Virus record (IMG/VR): IMGVR_UViG_2834443690_000002
Location: 18,098-82,097 of that record
Source of the DNA: a virus
Taxonomy: Duplodnaviria; Caudoviricetes
Length of the DNA stretch: 64,000 nt
Reading direction: 5' to 3' (one strand)
Below, piece after piece: positions 9,757 through 19,776 of the stretch (the first letter of the stretch is position 1; the number at the start of each line of letters is the position of its first letter). Made by a program: the position numbers and the translations under genes. Below the pieces are notes generated by a model that was given only the letters and a program-made list of their open reading frames with translations, was not told where the DNA came from and made no database searches.

Positions 9757-11688
9757 TTACAAATCAATGCCTCTTGAAACAACACCGTAACGCCTTTTTT
9801 TCGGCGTGTTGTTGGCAATATTACTAGGCTTTTGAGGGCTGTTATCGGTCGTTTCACGCAATTTTTTAAGCATTTCCAAGTTAGGCTTCAAGATTTCAAG
9901 CGCTGCAGTGGCGTAATTTCGAAGGTCAAACGGCTCATTGCGTGCCCCGGATGAGCGTTTTTCCCATCGTAATATGGTTTGTCCCCTGGAATAATGGGTT
10001 GTTCTGTGCTCAGAAGTCAGCCCTTCGAAGTAAGTTCGGTCATAACCTTTATCATTATCGATAGGGAAATGGCAATACCCAGGCCCTTCAAACTCAACTT
10101 TTAGACGCGAAGTAATGGTATCTTTCCCGGCGTCAACACCAATGTTAAATAACCACGCTCCGGCATCATTTCGTTTCGTTGGCCGATGAATAAAGGGTAT
10201 TCCGCTTCCGCCCTGGCCTTTAATGGCCCATACTCTATTAATTTCTCGGGCTTTGCAATAACTATAAACAGTATCCGAATGATAACCTGAGTCAATACAG
10301 GCCGTCATGATCTGAAGCACCTGGCCATCTTCGGTAAGGTATTCTTTGTTTAGGATATCGTCGAGCATTTCCCAGGGAGATCGTATTTTCAATCCTTCCG
10401 GGCTTGTAATCGTGGTAAGTTGTCCAGGATCGCCCATAATAACGCCATATTGAATGCCCCAGGACTCCTTTTCCAGGCCCCAGCCTACAATTTCATATTC
10501 AAGACGGTTCTTTTGGACGTCAACCCCGCAGGTTAAAACCAAGACATCCTTTGGAACGTCGCAATCATAGCGTTCCCGCCGCTTAACTAAGTCATCCGAT
10601 TCAACGCCCTCACCCTTTTCCTCCCAAAGTTCACCAAAAAGAGTATTCACGACAACCTTTAGTTTCTGCGGATTATGCTGAGCTTCAAGAAATTTACGTA
10701 TGATTTTGCTCCAGGATGTCCACGGAGAAGAGAACGCATTCAGCCAGAAAGAGCGAACACCATTGTTATAGGCTTCGGGATTGGCTGCTATCCATTTCGC
10801 CGGCTGTTTACGCATGACATTCTCGGGTGAAATACACCCACATGAGGGACATGCCCAGCCGCTTATCGTTACGTTATAGGTTTTCTTCTTGCCAACTTTA
10901 ATTTCCTCATAGTCATATTTCACATTTCCGAAAACAATATTATGCCAATCGCCACATTCCGGGCATTGATGACACCACCGTTCCTGAGTTCCAAGATAAA
11001 ACGACGCCTCAATATTACTGCTGCCTTTAATCGTCGGCGTTGATACCTCTACGGATTTTGCATTATAAAATGTCGCCTGCCTCGCTTCAGCCAAGGCCCA
11101 TGGATCACCTTCATCACCGGCACTTATGGCCCAGCGATCGCGTTCGTCACCAAGGATATATCGTGCTGGAGTTGAGGCCAAAGCCGCGGCGCTGTTTGAT
11201 CCTATGATCATGAGTGAACCGCCAGGAAATGACTTTTGCAGAATAGTATTGCCGCTATCCTTACCCTTGGCATCAGCTACTTTCGACTTTAACGGCTTAC
11301 TATCGCGGATCATTGGGGCCACACGGAGACGGGAAAACTTTTTAGCTTCCACAACAGACGGTTGTACAAAAATGATGGTTCCAGGATCTTGGTCGATGAT
11401 ATAGCCAATAACATTAAGTTCAAACTCGGATTTCCCGACCTGTGACGCAGCTACCATGATAATATGATGAACCTTTGCATCACTAAAAGCATTCATCGGC
11501 TCTTCCAGATAAGGGGTTCGCGAAGTTCTCCATGGTCCGGCCTCTGCTGAACTCTCAGGGGATAGGCGGCGGTTCCTGTCAGCCCATTCCGAAACAGTGA
11601 GGTCTTCGGGAGGCTTGAAGTTTTTGAGCGCATTCGAAATGGCTGCATTCAGCCGGTCGATCGCTCGCTTATCCTTCGTCCGGGCCAT
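9757..11688 (-). CDS. Terminase large subunit (GpA family)
   Basis: LTVSEWAD, RTPY, ASQVGKSE, DERDR, STPT, GVDVQ, RNEPFD motifs. Confidence 0.96.
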   Translation of the reverse strand: MARTKDKRAIDRLNAAISNALKNFKPPEDLTVSEWADRNRRLSPESSAEAGPWRTSRTPYLEEPMNAFSDAKVHHIIMVAASQVGKSEFELNVIGYIIDQDPGTIIFVQPSVVEAKKFSRLRVAPMIRDSKPLKSKVADAKGKDSGNTILQKSFPGGSLMIIGSNSAAALASTPARYILGDERDRWAISAGDEGDPWALAEARQATFYNAKSVEVSTPTIKGSSNIEASFYLGTQERWCHQCPECGDWHNIVFGNVKYDYEEIKVGKKKTYNVTISGWACPSCGCISPENVMRKQPAKWIAANPEAYNNGVRSFWLNAFSSPWTSWSKIIRKFLEAQHNPQKLKVVVNTLFGELWEEKGEGVESDDLVKRRERYDCDVPKDVLVLTCGVDVQKNRLEYEIVGWGLEKESWGIQYGVIMGDPGQLTTITSPEGLKIRSPWEMLDDILNKEYLTEDGQVLQIMTACIDSGYHSDTVYSYCKAREINRVWAIKGQGGSGIPFIHRPTKRNDAGAWLFNIGVDAGKDTITSRLKVEFEGPGYCHFPIDNDKGYDRTYFEGLTSEHRTTHYSRGQTILRWEKRSSGARNEPFDLRNYATAALEILKPNLEMLKKLRETTDNSPQKPSNIANNTPKKRRYGVVSRGIDL

Positions 11689-12253
11689 CTTTCTCCTGCT
11701 CTTTCCAACCTTGACGTTCCCTTACCCGCCGTTTATATTCTTCGGGATCGTAACGATAGTTAGAAAGATCATTAAGGATACCGAAACATTCTTGCTTAAT
11801 GCGTTCTGAGGCTTCAGCGGCTGTCGTAATACCGGCAACATCAATGGCTAAACGTCCAGGCAAAGCCATAATCATACTTCGAATTGAAAAGACTAAATCG
11901 GTTGTCATAGCTTCAACGTCCTCACTACGATGCATTTTCCCCTCAAGCTCATCCAATTCAAGAGCTGCCATACTGGCTTTGCTTTCTTTCAGATCCGCTT
12001 CAGCTTTTGACTTTCTAGCCTCGTTCTTTAATGCTTCACTATTTTTAGGCTCGCGGTTGTTAATTTTATTGCTGAGGTATTTAATATACCCCTGAACCGT
12101 TGGCATAAGGTCATAACAATTGGCATTCTTAACCTTGGTGGCAACAATGACTCCCTCTTTAGTGAGCTGTTGAATCCTACGCTTCGATACACCAAAAACC
12201 TCGGCGAGGTAATCACTGCCCACTAGTTTTGCGTTCGATTCATTGTCTGACAT
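11669..12253 (-). CDS. Terminase small subunit (Nu1-like)
   Basis: HTH LAEVFGVSKRRIQQL; GGAGG RBS before the ATG at 12253; overlaps terL. Confidence 0.88.
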   Translation of the reverse strand: MSDNESNAKLVGSDYLAEVFGVSKRRIQQLTKEGVIVATKVKNANCYDLMPTVQGYIKYLSNKINNREPKNSEALKNEARKSKAEADLKESKASMAALELDELEGKMHRSEDVEAMTTDLVFSIRSMIMALPGRLAIDVAGITTAAEASERIKQECFGILNDLSNYRYDPEEYKRRVRERQGWKEQEKDGPDEG

Positions 12254-12309
12254 TTTACCTGCCTCCTCGATTTGGCGAAACGAAACGCCCCAAAAAAATT
12301 TTTTCAAAA

Positions 12310-12540
12310 CTAGTTTTTTTTCGGGACTCGCAAGACCCGCATTTGGTCAAGTTCTCTGGAAGTACCTTGAACGTCTAAGTTAGTCAACTTGACACTTCTG
12401 TTGCCCACATCACTCTTCTCTTTCTCCTTAGTACACTCTAGACATAACAAACTTTCTTGAAAAGAGAAGTATTTCTTTTTACATCTTGTACATTGGAAAA
12501 GGATTGGCTCAATTCTCGTTCTCTTGACCAAGACTCTCAC
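12310..12540 (-). CDS. Small Cys-containing phage protein
   Basis: CxxC...CxxC; RBS upstream. Confidence 0.4.
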   Translation of the reverse strand: MRVLVKRTRIEPILFQCTRCKKKYFSFQESLLCLECTKEKEKSDVGNRSVKLTNLDVQGTSRELDQMRVLRVPKKN

Positions 12541-12651
12541 TCCTATTCCGCAAAAGAAAAGAGCCCTCAGGCTAATTAAAAACTAACTCCTATATAAAGA
12601 TCGCATTTAAACAAGGGTATTACAAATTTGCATGATTATGGATTTCACCAT

Positions 12652-12679
12652 GCAGGATTTGCCTCTTTCTTTCCAGAAT
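12652..12679 (+). promoter_or_regulatory. SigH-like promoter
   Basis: GCAGGATTT-N14-AGAAT directly upstream of the moron RBS. Confidence 0.6.
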
Positions 12680-12686
12680 TAGTAGA

Positions 12687-13217
12687 TTGGAGGTGTTCTA
12701 TATGACCTGGTTACCTGATTGGTATTATGAATGGTTAAAGGTAAACGGTTATGAATTATATGCAACTATAATTAGCGCAATATTACTACCAATTATGTTA
12801 TATTCTCTCCTGCGATTATCCGACAAGTGGAATGAAAATAATGAAGAAACAACTGAAAGCTTAAAGATGGAAACCAATATTGACAAGCTTAATCTATTAT
12901 CTAAAAAGGTCGAAGCTGTATCAAAGGAATTAAACCAAACTTTTAATTTATTGGCTTACGATTTATCAAAACGAATAGAGATAATTGATAAACAAAAAAA
13001 GAATATTAATTATCTCAAAGAGCAAGAAAAACAATTACAAGACGATGTAGATGTTCTCAAAAACACATCTGTCGAATCTGCTGAGTATTTTTACAGAGCT
13101 ATAAAAAGTTATTACAGCGAAGTAGAAAAAAAAAGTTCTATGCGAGCTACTCTTTTCTTTTTCCTGGGTATACTTTCGGGAATTATAATTGATATCGTTA
13201 AAGGATTATTTTTTTAG
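12687..13217 (+). CDS. Moron: membrane-anchored coiled-coil protein
   Basis: Opposite strand to the phage operon, AT-rich, hydrophobic segments at both ends. Confidence 0.75.
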   Translation: MEVFYMTWLPDWYYEWLKVNGYELYATIISAILLPIMLYSLLRLSDKWNENNEETTESLKMETNIDKLNLLSKKVEAVSKELNQTFNLLAYDLSKRIEIIDKQKKNINYLKEQEKQLQDDVDVLKNTSVESAEYFYRAIKSYYSEVEKKSSMRATLFFFLGILSGIIIDIVKGLFF

Positions 13218-13308
13218 GTTTAATAGCTCTTCATTAGCAAAATTATCCCTTCTGATACTCTATTTAAACTACAAAAAGCCGCCCTTTCGGACGGCCTCTC
13301 TTAATACC

Positions 13309-13364
13309 ATGATACCACTGATTTGCACCTAAGCACTGCTAATTTTGTGCCAGATTTCTGCCAA
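13309..13364 (-). promoter_or_regulatory. Putative late promoter with activator-binding repeats
   Basis: Three TGGCA/TAGCA repeats at 11-bp spacing followed by extended -10 TGGTATCAT, pointing toward the packaging genes. Confidence 0.5.
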
Positions 13365-13423
13365 AACACAAAAATAATTCAGCGGAAAATTATTTTCAAA
13401 TATTATGGCTAGGGAGGATCAAT

Positions 13424-14359
13424 ATGAATGACTTAATTAGTGTTAGAGAGTATGCTAATAAGATTGACGAAGTTACAATGAAACAATTTGGGAAAGATAT
13501 AACTATTGACCTTGACTTTATTCTTGAAGAGAAAAAAAAGGAATTTAGGAGTCTCATTGAAAACAGGCTTGAAGATTTTATAGTTTTATTTGATATTGCA
13601 CTGAAATTATCAATTCAGATTCATGAAATATGTAAAAAGAATAATTCAGAAAGCAAAACCAGCTTAGCATTAGTAGTATTAAGCGCAAAAATAGTAACCA
13701 TGATGATAAGTATTAGGACATTACTCTATAGTGGTATGATGGACGGAATAAAATGTTTACAGCGATCACTAATTGAAACAATAAATCTATTTTTCTCTTG
13801 TTTAAGTAATAAAGAATTTAGCAATAAATTTGCCAATAAGGAGGAAATGTATGATAACGACGAATTTTGGAATAAAAATATCTCTCGTGGAAAACTCAAT
13901 AAAGACATTGTGCGATTATTTAGTAAGCTAGATTATAAACAAGAATTTATTGATTACTTTCGTAATCGAAGAAATGAACAGCAAAAATTTTTGTCTAATT
14001 CAATTCATTCATCATTTAACTCGTCGTTTTCGAACTTTATTATGATAACTTTAGACTTTAAATATAATGATGATTGCTATGGTAAAGTGACCACAGCCTA
14101 CCCCAACATGATATTAAGTCTTTTGGAAGATATCAATATTTTGTCAATGGTATTCTATGATTCAGTAAATAAAAAGATATCTGAACACTTTCTGACATTT
14201 GATTTTGGAAAAGACAATTTTGTATATTGTCATTTTTATAATCAATATAAAATTCTATTTGAAGAATATCATCTTAGGCTTAAAAATGAAGGGGATAAAT
14301 ACTCTCAAATGTTAAAAGAGGCATACAATTTTTTCCTTCAAAATCAATTCAAAGATTAA
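13424..14359 (+). CDS. Moron: DUF5677-like helical protein
   Basis: Very AT-rich; RSLIE...LSNSIHS pattern; AGGGAGG RBS. Confidence 0.6.
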   Translation: MNDLISVREYANKIDEVTMKQFGKDITIDLDFILEEKKKEFRSLIENRLEDFIVLFDIALKLSIQIHEICKKNNSESKTSLALVVLSAKIVTMMISIRTLLYSGMMDGIKCLQRSLIETINLFFSCLSNKEFSNKFANKEEMYDNDEFWNKNISRGKLNKDIVRLFSKLDYKQEFIDYFRNRRNEQQKFLSNSIHSSFNSSFSNFIMITLDFKYNDDCYGKVTTAYPNMILSLLEDINILSMVFYDSVNKKISEHFLTFDFGKDNFVYCHFYNQYKILFEEYHLRLKNEGDKYSQMLKEAYNFFLQNQFKD

Positions 14360-14859
14360 GGTGATACCCACCCTAACTCCTCAAAACTAATCTGCTCTCT
14401 CTTTACATACCCAAACAACTGAGCAGCTAGAACAATAAGCTCGTCCTTCAATCTGTAATACGACCTCACAGCCATCCCAATCTCACCAGCTACCCAAAAA
14501 TCCTTATTAAATCTTTGCATATACTTAAGCTCAATCAATTTCTTTTCTGTCGATCCTAAAGAATTAAGAATCATATCTACCTCACGGATCTTTAGCCTTA
14601 AATCCCTGATTTCAATCTCCATTTCTAATCTACTCTCCGCATATCCCCCTGTCTTATCACTAATACTTCCAATAGAACGGCCAGGACTTAGACTAAGCTG
14701 AGCCGTATTGCTCGGAAATTCAGTCTCAAGCTGTGCAATAAGTATTTGTAGACGAAGTTTATCCTGCGTGTAAGTCATGAACCGACGGATCGTTTGTCGG
14801 TACCATAACGGCTTTACACGCTTTTTCTTTTCTGTTGTCACAATTTCAGCCTCGCCCAA
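14356..14859 (-). CDS. ArpU/RinA-like late transcriptional regulator
   Basis: C-terminal EKKLIELKY...VAGEIGMAVRSYYRLKDE; last gene of the early operon. Confidence 0.75.
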   Translation of the reverse strand: MGEAEIVTTEKKKRVKPLWYRQTIRRFMTYTQDKLRLQILIAQLETEFPSNTAQLSLSPGRSIGSISDKTGGYAESRLEMEIEIRDLRLKIREVDMILNSLGSTEKKLIELKYMQRFNKDFWVAGEIGMAVRSYYRLKDELIVLAAQLFGYVKREQISFEELGWVSP

Positions 14860-14889
14860 GCCCTTTCCCTCCTTATCCGCAGGAATAAC

Positions 14890-15237
14890 TTATCGTTTAG
14901 TTTCCCTTCCCGCTAAATCCTGACCAGCTTCCCACTCCCGATAAATTGCAAACCACTGCTCAGCATCCATACATATTTTCCAATTCTCACGATTTCGGCG
15001 GAAGGCCACAATTGGCATTTCTCCCTCTTTGGCGTCCCTGCGACTTTGGGCCATAGCCTCTTCAATGTTCAGCTTTTCGACTCTCTTACACTCAATATGA
15101 ATCCCAGGAAGGCCAACAACATCTTCACCCTCGATACCGCAGAATTGTTGTCCGCGCCTGCAGTTGTATCCTTGATCTCGGCAGAGGCGGGCGAATTCGC
15201 GTTCACCTTCTGCTCCTTTTGCTCGGCTATTTGTCAT
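14890..15237 (-). CDS. PD-(D/E)XK nuclease, putative Holliday junction resolvase
   Basis: NSRAKGAEGERE...DVVGLPGIHIECKR. Confidence 0.75.
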   Translation of the reverse strand: MTNSRAKGAEGEREFARLCRDQGYNCRRGQQFCGIEGEDVVGLPGIHIECKRVEKLNIEEAMAQSRRDAKEGEMPIVAFRRNRENWKICMDAEQWFAIYREWEAGQDLAGRETKR

Positions 15238-15755
15238 TGGGCCATCTTCATCTCCTGTTCACGCTCTGCATCATAGATAGTCATTTGGTAATCTGCCTTT
15301 CTTACGGCCTCAGCAAACTTTTCAATTCCATAATCCCAAAGTCCATGACGATGAATCACGTCTGAAAATTCTTCAACGTCATGCTCACGTACATACCAGC
15401 TATCAGGATCGCTTTTCTTGGCCCATTCCTTGCGAATAACTTTTCCTGTTTCCGGGTTGATTACTTCCATTCCCGTTTTACGCTGAATATGGCAAAGTTC
15501 ATGATCAACCAAGGCCTCAAGCCTGTCCATGGACCAATTTTCAAGGGCAACATCGATAATAAAAACATGAAACATCATGCCCGTTAAGAAACGTTCGAAA
15601 CTTGAGCATTTCTTGCATTTGCCTGCCCAATCCACTCCACTGTCATCACGAGTGTAATATTCTATGAGTTCCTTAGCATCCTTAAGATGCGGATGGTGTT
15701 CGTCAATCAATCTCTCAGCGATATCTCGAATTCTTGGCGATTTTTCGTAACCCAT
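15234..15755 (-). CDS. Putative phage metallopeptidase
   Basis: LVDHELCH and HDVEEFSDVIHRHG motifs. Confidence 0.75.
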   Translation of the reverse strand: MGYEKSPRIRDIAERLIDEHHPHLKDAKELIEYYTRDDSGVDWAGKCKKCSSFERFLTGMMFHVFIIDVALENWSMDRLEALVDHELCHIQRKTGMEVINPETGKVIRKEWAKKSDPDSWYVREHDVEEFSDVIHRHGLWDYGIEKFAEAVRKADYQMTIYDAEREQEMKMAQ

Positions 15756-16017
15756 TGCGTATCCTCTCTTTCTTGTAACACTTGTCTTCTATCGCTCATA
15801 AGCTACCCTTGAAGGTGGTGAAACAATAGTGTTGTTAAGCTGTCCCAATTGCCAGAACATGGATCACTTAAGCAAGTGGATCCAACATACAGCCGAAATC
15901 TTAAGGATAAACATAATTCCAGCTGCTATAAGTCCTATTTATTTCTGTACAAATTGTTTAAATGCTTCGGCTAGCGCAAACCTTCCTCGCATCGAGCATT
16001 AAACACCGGTTATTGCC

Positions 16018-16818
16018 TCACAAATAAAAGTTATCGTACTTGGTTGATGAACCTGTCCTTTTTGGGTTTGTCGGGCCTCTCGTCTGCTGTCCCTTATTCG
16101 CGTAATTCTTAAACGGATCGCTCTCAGTCTTGAACTTATCCAGCCCTCGAACAAGAAAATCACTCAGTCCCCATTTGTATGTCCAGAAATATTTCTCATT
16201 GTCCTTGAGGATAGTGTCATAATTATCGACGGCTTCAAGGATTTCATGAACTGAATATCCTTCTTCGAATCTCGCATTTATGTGACCGGATATTTTTTCA
16301 GTGAGCGTTTTGTGGGTAATGATTTTTTTAGAATTCCAATGCGAAAAGACTATATATATATTTTCTTTATATATTTCTTTCTTTTCTTTCTTGGGTGAAC
16401 GATCGTTCCCCTCATGAGGGGAAGAATTGTTCCCCTCACAGGGGATTGATTGTTCCCCTGGTGAATGATTGTTCCCCACCTTTTGAGGGGAATGATTGTT
16501 CCCCAGCCAAGTGTCAAAATCCTTGTTAAATTTCAAAGTCCTTGATTCTGCTTTCGTGTTTTCTTTTGTGACTAAAAGGATATTTCTATCAATAAGGACC
16601 TTTAATTCCTTTTTGATTGCTCTGCCTGAAAATCCGGTCGCATTTGCAAGGAAGCTCACTGACATCTCATGTTCACTTCTTTGAAATCCATAAGTAAATC
16701 TCCAAACTGTGAGAATGATTGAATACTGGGTACCGTTCAGGTGGAGTTGCGCTGATTTCTCAAGTAAACTATTTGCAATTCTTGTGAACTCCCCTGAGTC
16801 AATTTGAACGTCAGCCAT
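16018..16818 (-). CDS. Replication initiator (lambda O-like N-terminus)
   Basis: FTRIANSLLE...WRFTYGF...FNKDFDTW; contains iterons. Confidence 0.88.
   Translation of the reverse strand: MADVQIDSGEFTRIANSLLEKSAQLHLNGTQYSIILTVWRFTYGFQRSEHEMSVSFLANATGFSGRAIKKELKVLIDRNILLVTKENTKAESRTLKFNKDFDTWLGNNHSPQKVGNNHSPGEQSIPCEGNNSSPHEGNDRSPKKEKKEIYKENIYIVFSHWNSKKIITHKTLTEKISGHINARFEEGYSVHEILEAVDNYDTILKDNEKYFWTYKWGLSDFLVRGLDKFKTESDPFKNYANKGQQTRGPTNPKRTGSSTKYDNFYL
16394..16504. repeat. Phage replication origin: five 18-bp iterons
   Basis: GG(G/T)GAWNNATYGTTCCCC at about 16394, 16418, 16441, 16460 and 16487, next to an AT-rich tract at 16350-16390. Confidence 0.85.
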
Positions 16819-16887
16819 TTCTCCACCTTCTCCGTTAAAACAATGATTTTTGGGGAAAGATTAACCTATCCTTAAATCACAAAGGGG

Positions 16888-17085
16888 TTGTATCTTATGT
16901 CTGGCAAACTCAAGATTGAAATCGTCGACGATAAGAATGTACTCGAAATTTTTGAATCAGAACCTGGTAAACTAGCCTTTGTGATGTATCCCGATGATCC
17001 TAAAGATGACAGTATTCTTGAAGTTACCACTGATACGTCAGAATTTACATCGCTACTTAAACGACTTCTGGATATTACAGGCTAA
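16888..17085 (+). CDS. Small acidic hypothetical protein (moron-like)
   Basis: RBS AAAGGGG; opposite strand to the early operon. Confidence 0.45.
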   Translation: MYLMSGKLKIEIVDDKNVLEIFESEPGKLAFVMYPDDPKDDSILEVTTDTSEFTSLLKRLLDITG

Positions 17086-17195
17086 AACAACGTTGTCCCC
17101 ATTGACTTAGACGCAAGTGGATTATTCCATAATACTTCTTCGCGCTCGCGGCCGCCTTCCGCTAATGTCTTAGCTGTTTTCTGAATCCAGTGTTT
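17082..17195 (-). pseudogene. C-terminal remnant resembling a phage DNA adenine methylase
   Basis: Frame reads KHWIQKTAKTLAEGGREREEVLWNNP...LF* with no start codon. Confidence 0.5.
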
Positions 17196-17905
17196 TATAG
17201 TGAACAAATAAGGCATGGTTCCGCATCTGGCTCAGGCCATAATTTGAGCTGTTGTTCATCTGCTACTCTTAATTGACTAAGAGTAAACCTTTGGTTCCAA
17301 CCCCATCCCTGTTTTGTGGTAATACTTGATTGTCTTTCCCATTCCTCTGCGACTCCATAAAGGGTCGGATGATGTTTAAGAAGTCCTAACCAATCACGTT
17401 TTTTCTGAAAGAAGCAAAAGAAACAAGATACATTACTGCGCCATTCGTAAACTGGATTTAGCAAGTCATAATTTGCGCAAAGTGCTTTTACATCTTTCTT
17501 GCCCATTCCAGCCTCAGCAAGGGGATATGCATTTTCGTATTTCTCAGTATTTTTACGTTCTAACCTTCGAGGTTCATCAGCTCTAATACCCACAAACACC
17601 TTTTCCGCTCTTATCTGATTAAAGAAATTCCTTTGAGGAACCATTTTGACCAACTTTGTACACCATCTCATTCTTGGACCAGGCAAAAGAAAACCATATT
17701 GCACTAAATGTTGAAAGAAACTTCCGTTACTCACAACATTTAGTTTTTTATCAATCCTCTGGGCCAATCTTGGGAGTATCCAATAAGTTTCGGGAAGTTC
17801 TCCCCCAGTATCACTGAAAACCATTTCAAAGTCTTCTCCACGTTCCCAAAGAAGGAGTGCCAATGCCGTACTATCTGCCCCGCCACTTACTGCTACATAG
17901 TTCAA
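17195..17905 (-). CDS. PAPS reductase-family (PP-loop) protein
   Basis: SGGADS, DTGGELPET, RWCT...K, GIRADE, SCFFCF motifs. Confidence 0.88.
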   Translation of the reverse strand: MNYVAVSGGADSTALALLLWERGEDFEMVFSDTGGELPETYWILPRLAQRIDKKLNVVSNGSFFQHLVQYGFLLPGPRMRWCTKLVKMVPQRNFFNQIRAEKVFVGIRADEPRRLERKNTEKYENAYPLAEAGMGKKDVKALCANYDLLNPVYEWRSNVSCFFCFFQKKRDWLGLLKHHPTLYGVAEEWERQSSITTKQGWGWNQRFTLSQLRVADEQQLKLWPEPDAEPCLICSL

Positions 17906-17920
17906 AGAAATACCTCCTCC

Positions 17921-18670
17921 TTAAAACGGGCACATTTTCAACTCAATAACCTTCCTAGGCTCTGCGACCTCAACGTCCTTCATAGTCAGATCACGTATCT
18001 CCCGGACCATTCTCGCTGCGTCTGCATTTCCATCCGAAAGGTGAATGAGTACAATTGTCCTTACTTGCATCAGATCATTGGCCTGAAGAAAGCTCTTAAC
18101 ATTATCCAAACTAAAATGACTTTCGAGCAGCCGGTTCTTTAATGATTCTGGGATCCGTCCGGCCACGATGTTTTCCTCGAGGATATCTCGACAGTAATTA
18201 CATTCGACCATGATGTAATTAAGGCCATTGAACCGATATCGAATGTAAAAGGTATCCGTCGCAAAGAGCAATTTCTCTCCGGTTGGCCGATACTGAATTA
18301 GATACCCGAGTGGTTCAGCAGCATCATGTTGAACATCAAATGCCATGATAGCAAAATCCTCAATATTGAACTGCATACCATTCTTTACTACTTGCGCCCG
18401 ATAAAACCTATGCTCATAAGCATTAAGCGCCTTGGCTGTGCCATTTGACATAACAGTAGTAATCCCAGCCCACATAACGTCCTTAACAGCCTTAGAATGG
18501 TCTTTGTGTTCGTGAGTGATAAGACAGCCGTGTACGTTATATAAATCAAAATCCAAAGCCTTTTGTATTTCTTTGAAGGGAACCCCTGCATCTAGCAGGA
18601 GGCTACCTGTTTGTGTCTCGAGGATGTAACAATTTCCTTTGCTCGATGAGCCTATTACTTTTAGTATCAT
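17921..18670 (-). CDS. MBL-fold metallo-hydrolase (phage nuclease)
   Basis: GSSSKGNCY, THEHKDH, HDA, ATDT, HLS motifs. Confidence 0.9.
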   Translation of the reverse strand: MILKVIGSSSKGNCYILETQTGSLLLDAGVPFKEIQKALDFDLYNVHGCLITHEHKDHSKAVKDVMWAGITTVMSNGTAKALNAYEHRFYRAQVVKNGMQFNIEDFAIMAFDVQHDAAEPLGYLIQYRPTGEKLLFATDTFYIRYRFNGLNYIMVECNYCRDILEENIVAGRIPESLKNRLLESHFSLDNVKSFLQANDLMQVRTIVLIHLSDGNADAARMVREIRDLTMKDVEVAEPRKVIELKMCPF

Positions 18671-18673
18671 GGC

Positions 18674-19399
18674 TTAGAAGTCCGGTCCTAGAGTTTGTTG
18701 GAGTTCTGCTTCGTGTTCTGGCTTATCCTCGATTTGCTCTGTTTCAGGCGAAGGTTCTGGTTCTGATTCTGGCCCGATATCAATGATTGGTCCTTTATTG
18801 GCATTTTGATCAATTACGATCTCGGGATCATTACCGCCAATATCGATAATTTCTTCTGTCGTGTGCATTCCCATGGCCATCTCAGGAGCATATGCTCGGA
18901 TAAACCAACTAGCAGCCCGGTACATAAGCATTTGTTCTTGCATGGTCTGCCACTTGCTCCCGTTCTTGGTGTACCATCCTTCTTTTTTGGCGATCTCTAT
19001 TGTCACTGTTGATCCTTCAAGTTTTTCACCTGTTGCCTTTTCAATAGCCCAGGCTTTACAGCCATATTGATCTGTGCCTTTTTTACCAATCCATTCATAG
19101 CGAAGGGATGAGAAACGTCCTGAGGTATTAAATGTGGAAATTAAGAATTGGCTTGACCATCCTGGGCGCCCATATACAATAAATAGATTTTGCATAACCA
19201 TTAATGGATCCGCGCCCATTCTACTTGCCATATTTAGGGCAATTACGCAGTTTGGTATGTTATTTTGATAATCCTTGGGAACAAGTGAAGAGTTGGCTAA
19301 TAACGTGGCTGCTCTTTGGGTAAATTCAAAACTTTTTAAGCTCATAAATCCTGGCATTATTTCGGAATCCTCATTTTTGACGGCTAATTCATTTGACAT
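18674..19399 (-). CDS. RecT-like single-strand annealing protein
   Basis: NCVIAL...DPLMVMQNL...SKWQTM.EQMLMYRA; synteny. Confidence 0.75.
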   Translation of the reverse strand: MSNELAVKNEDSEIMPGFMSLKSFEFTQRAATLLANSSLVPKDYQNNIPNCVIALNMASRMGADPLMVMQNLFIVYGRPGWSSQFLISTFNTSGRFSSLRYEWIGKKGTDQYGCKAWAIEKATGEKLEGSTVTIEIAKKEGWYTKNGSKWQTMQEQMLMYRAASWFIRAYAPEMAMGMHTTEEIIDIGGNDPEIVIDQNANKGPIIDIGPESEPEPSPETEQIEDKPEHEAELQQTLGPDF

Positions 19400-19435
19400 G
19401 GTATATTCCTCCGTTTTCTTGTTATTATTTTAAAT

Positions 19436-19732
19436 TCATCTTGAATTACACTCGCAACATCCTGGTAGGGCCTTTGTTAACTCGTGATTGGCATTATAAA
19501 TACCGGAAATGGTAGAAGTTCCTCTGCTATTAGTGATAATCAAATTGTTATCGCTTCGTTCTATTAAAAGTTTTTTTCTTAACTCATTAATACCTCGCAT
19601 TATATTTTCTCTTTCTCGTGGGTTCGTGCTATAGCAAGATCCATCAAATTCGCTTTCTAATCTCTTGAGAGCGCTCATCATGCGCCCCCTAGCTCTCTTT
19701 GCCTTTTTACGTGCTCTTGTTTCTGGCCGCAT
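19436..19732 (-). CDS. Hypothetical phage protein
   Basis: ORF track; same orientation as the operon. Confidence 0.5.
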   Translation of the reverse strand: MRPETRARKKAKRARGRMMSALKRLESEFDGSCYSTNPRERENIMRGINELRKKLLIERSDNNLIITNSRGTSTISGIYNANHELTKALPGCCECNSR

Positions 19733-19776
19733 ATCTTAACCATCTCTCTCACTTTCTTGTTTATTGTGCGTTAATC

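Noticed and set aside
564-12095. Plus-strand ORFs over the structural module (564-968, 1995-2342, 7719-8249 and others)
   Set aside because: Antisense shadows of well-supported minus-strand phage genes, with no recognisable motifs
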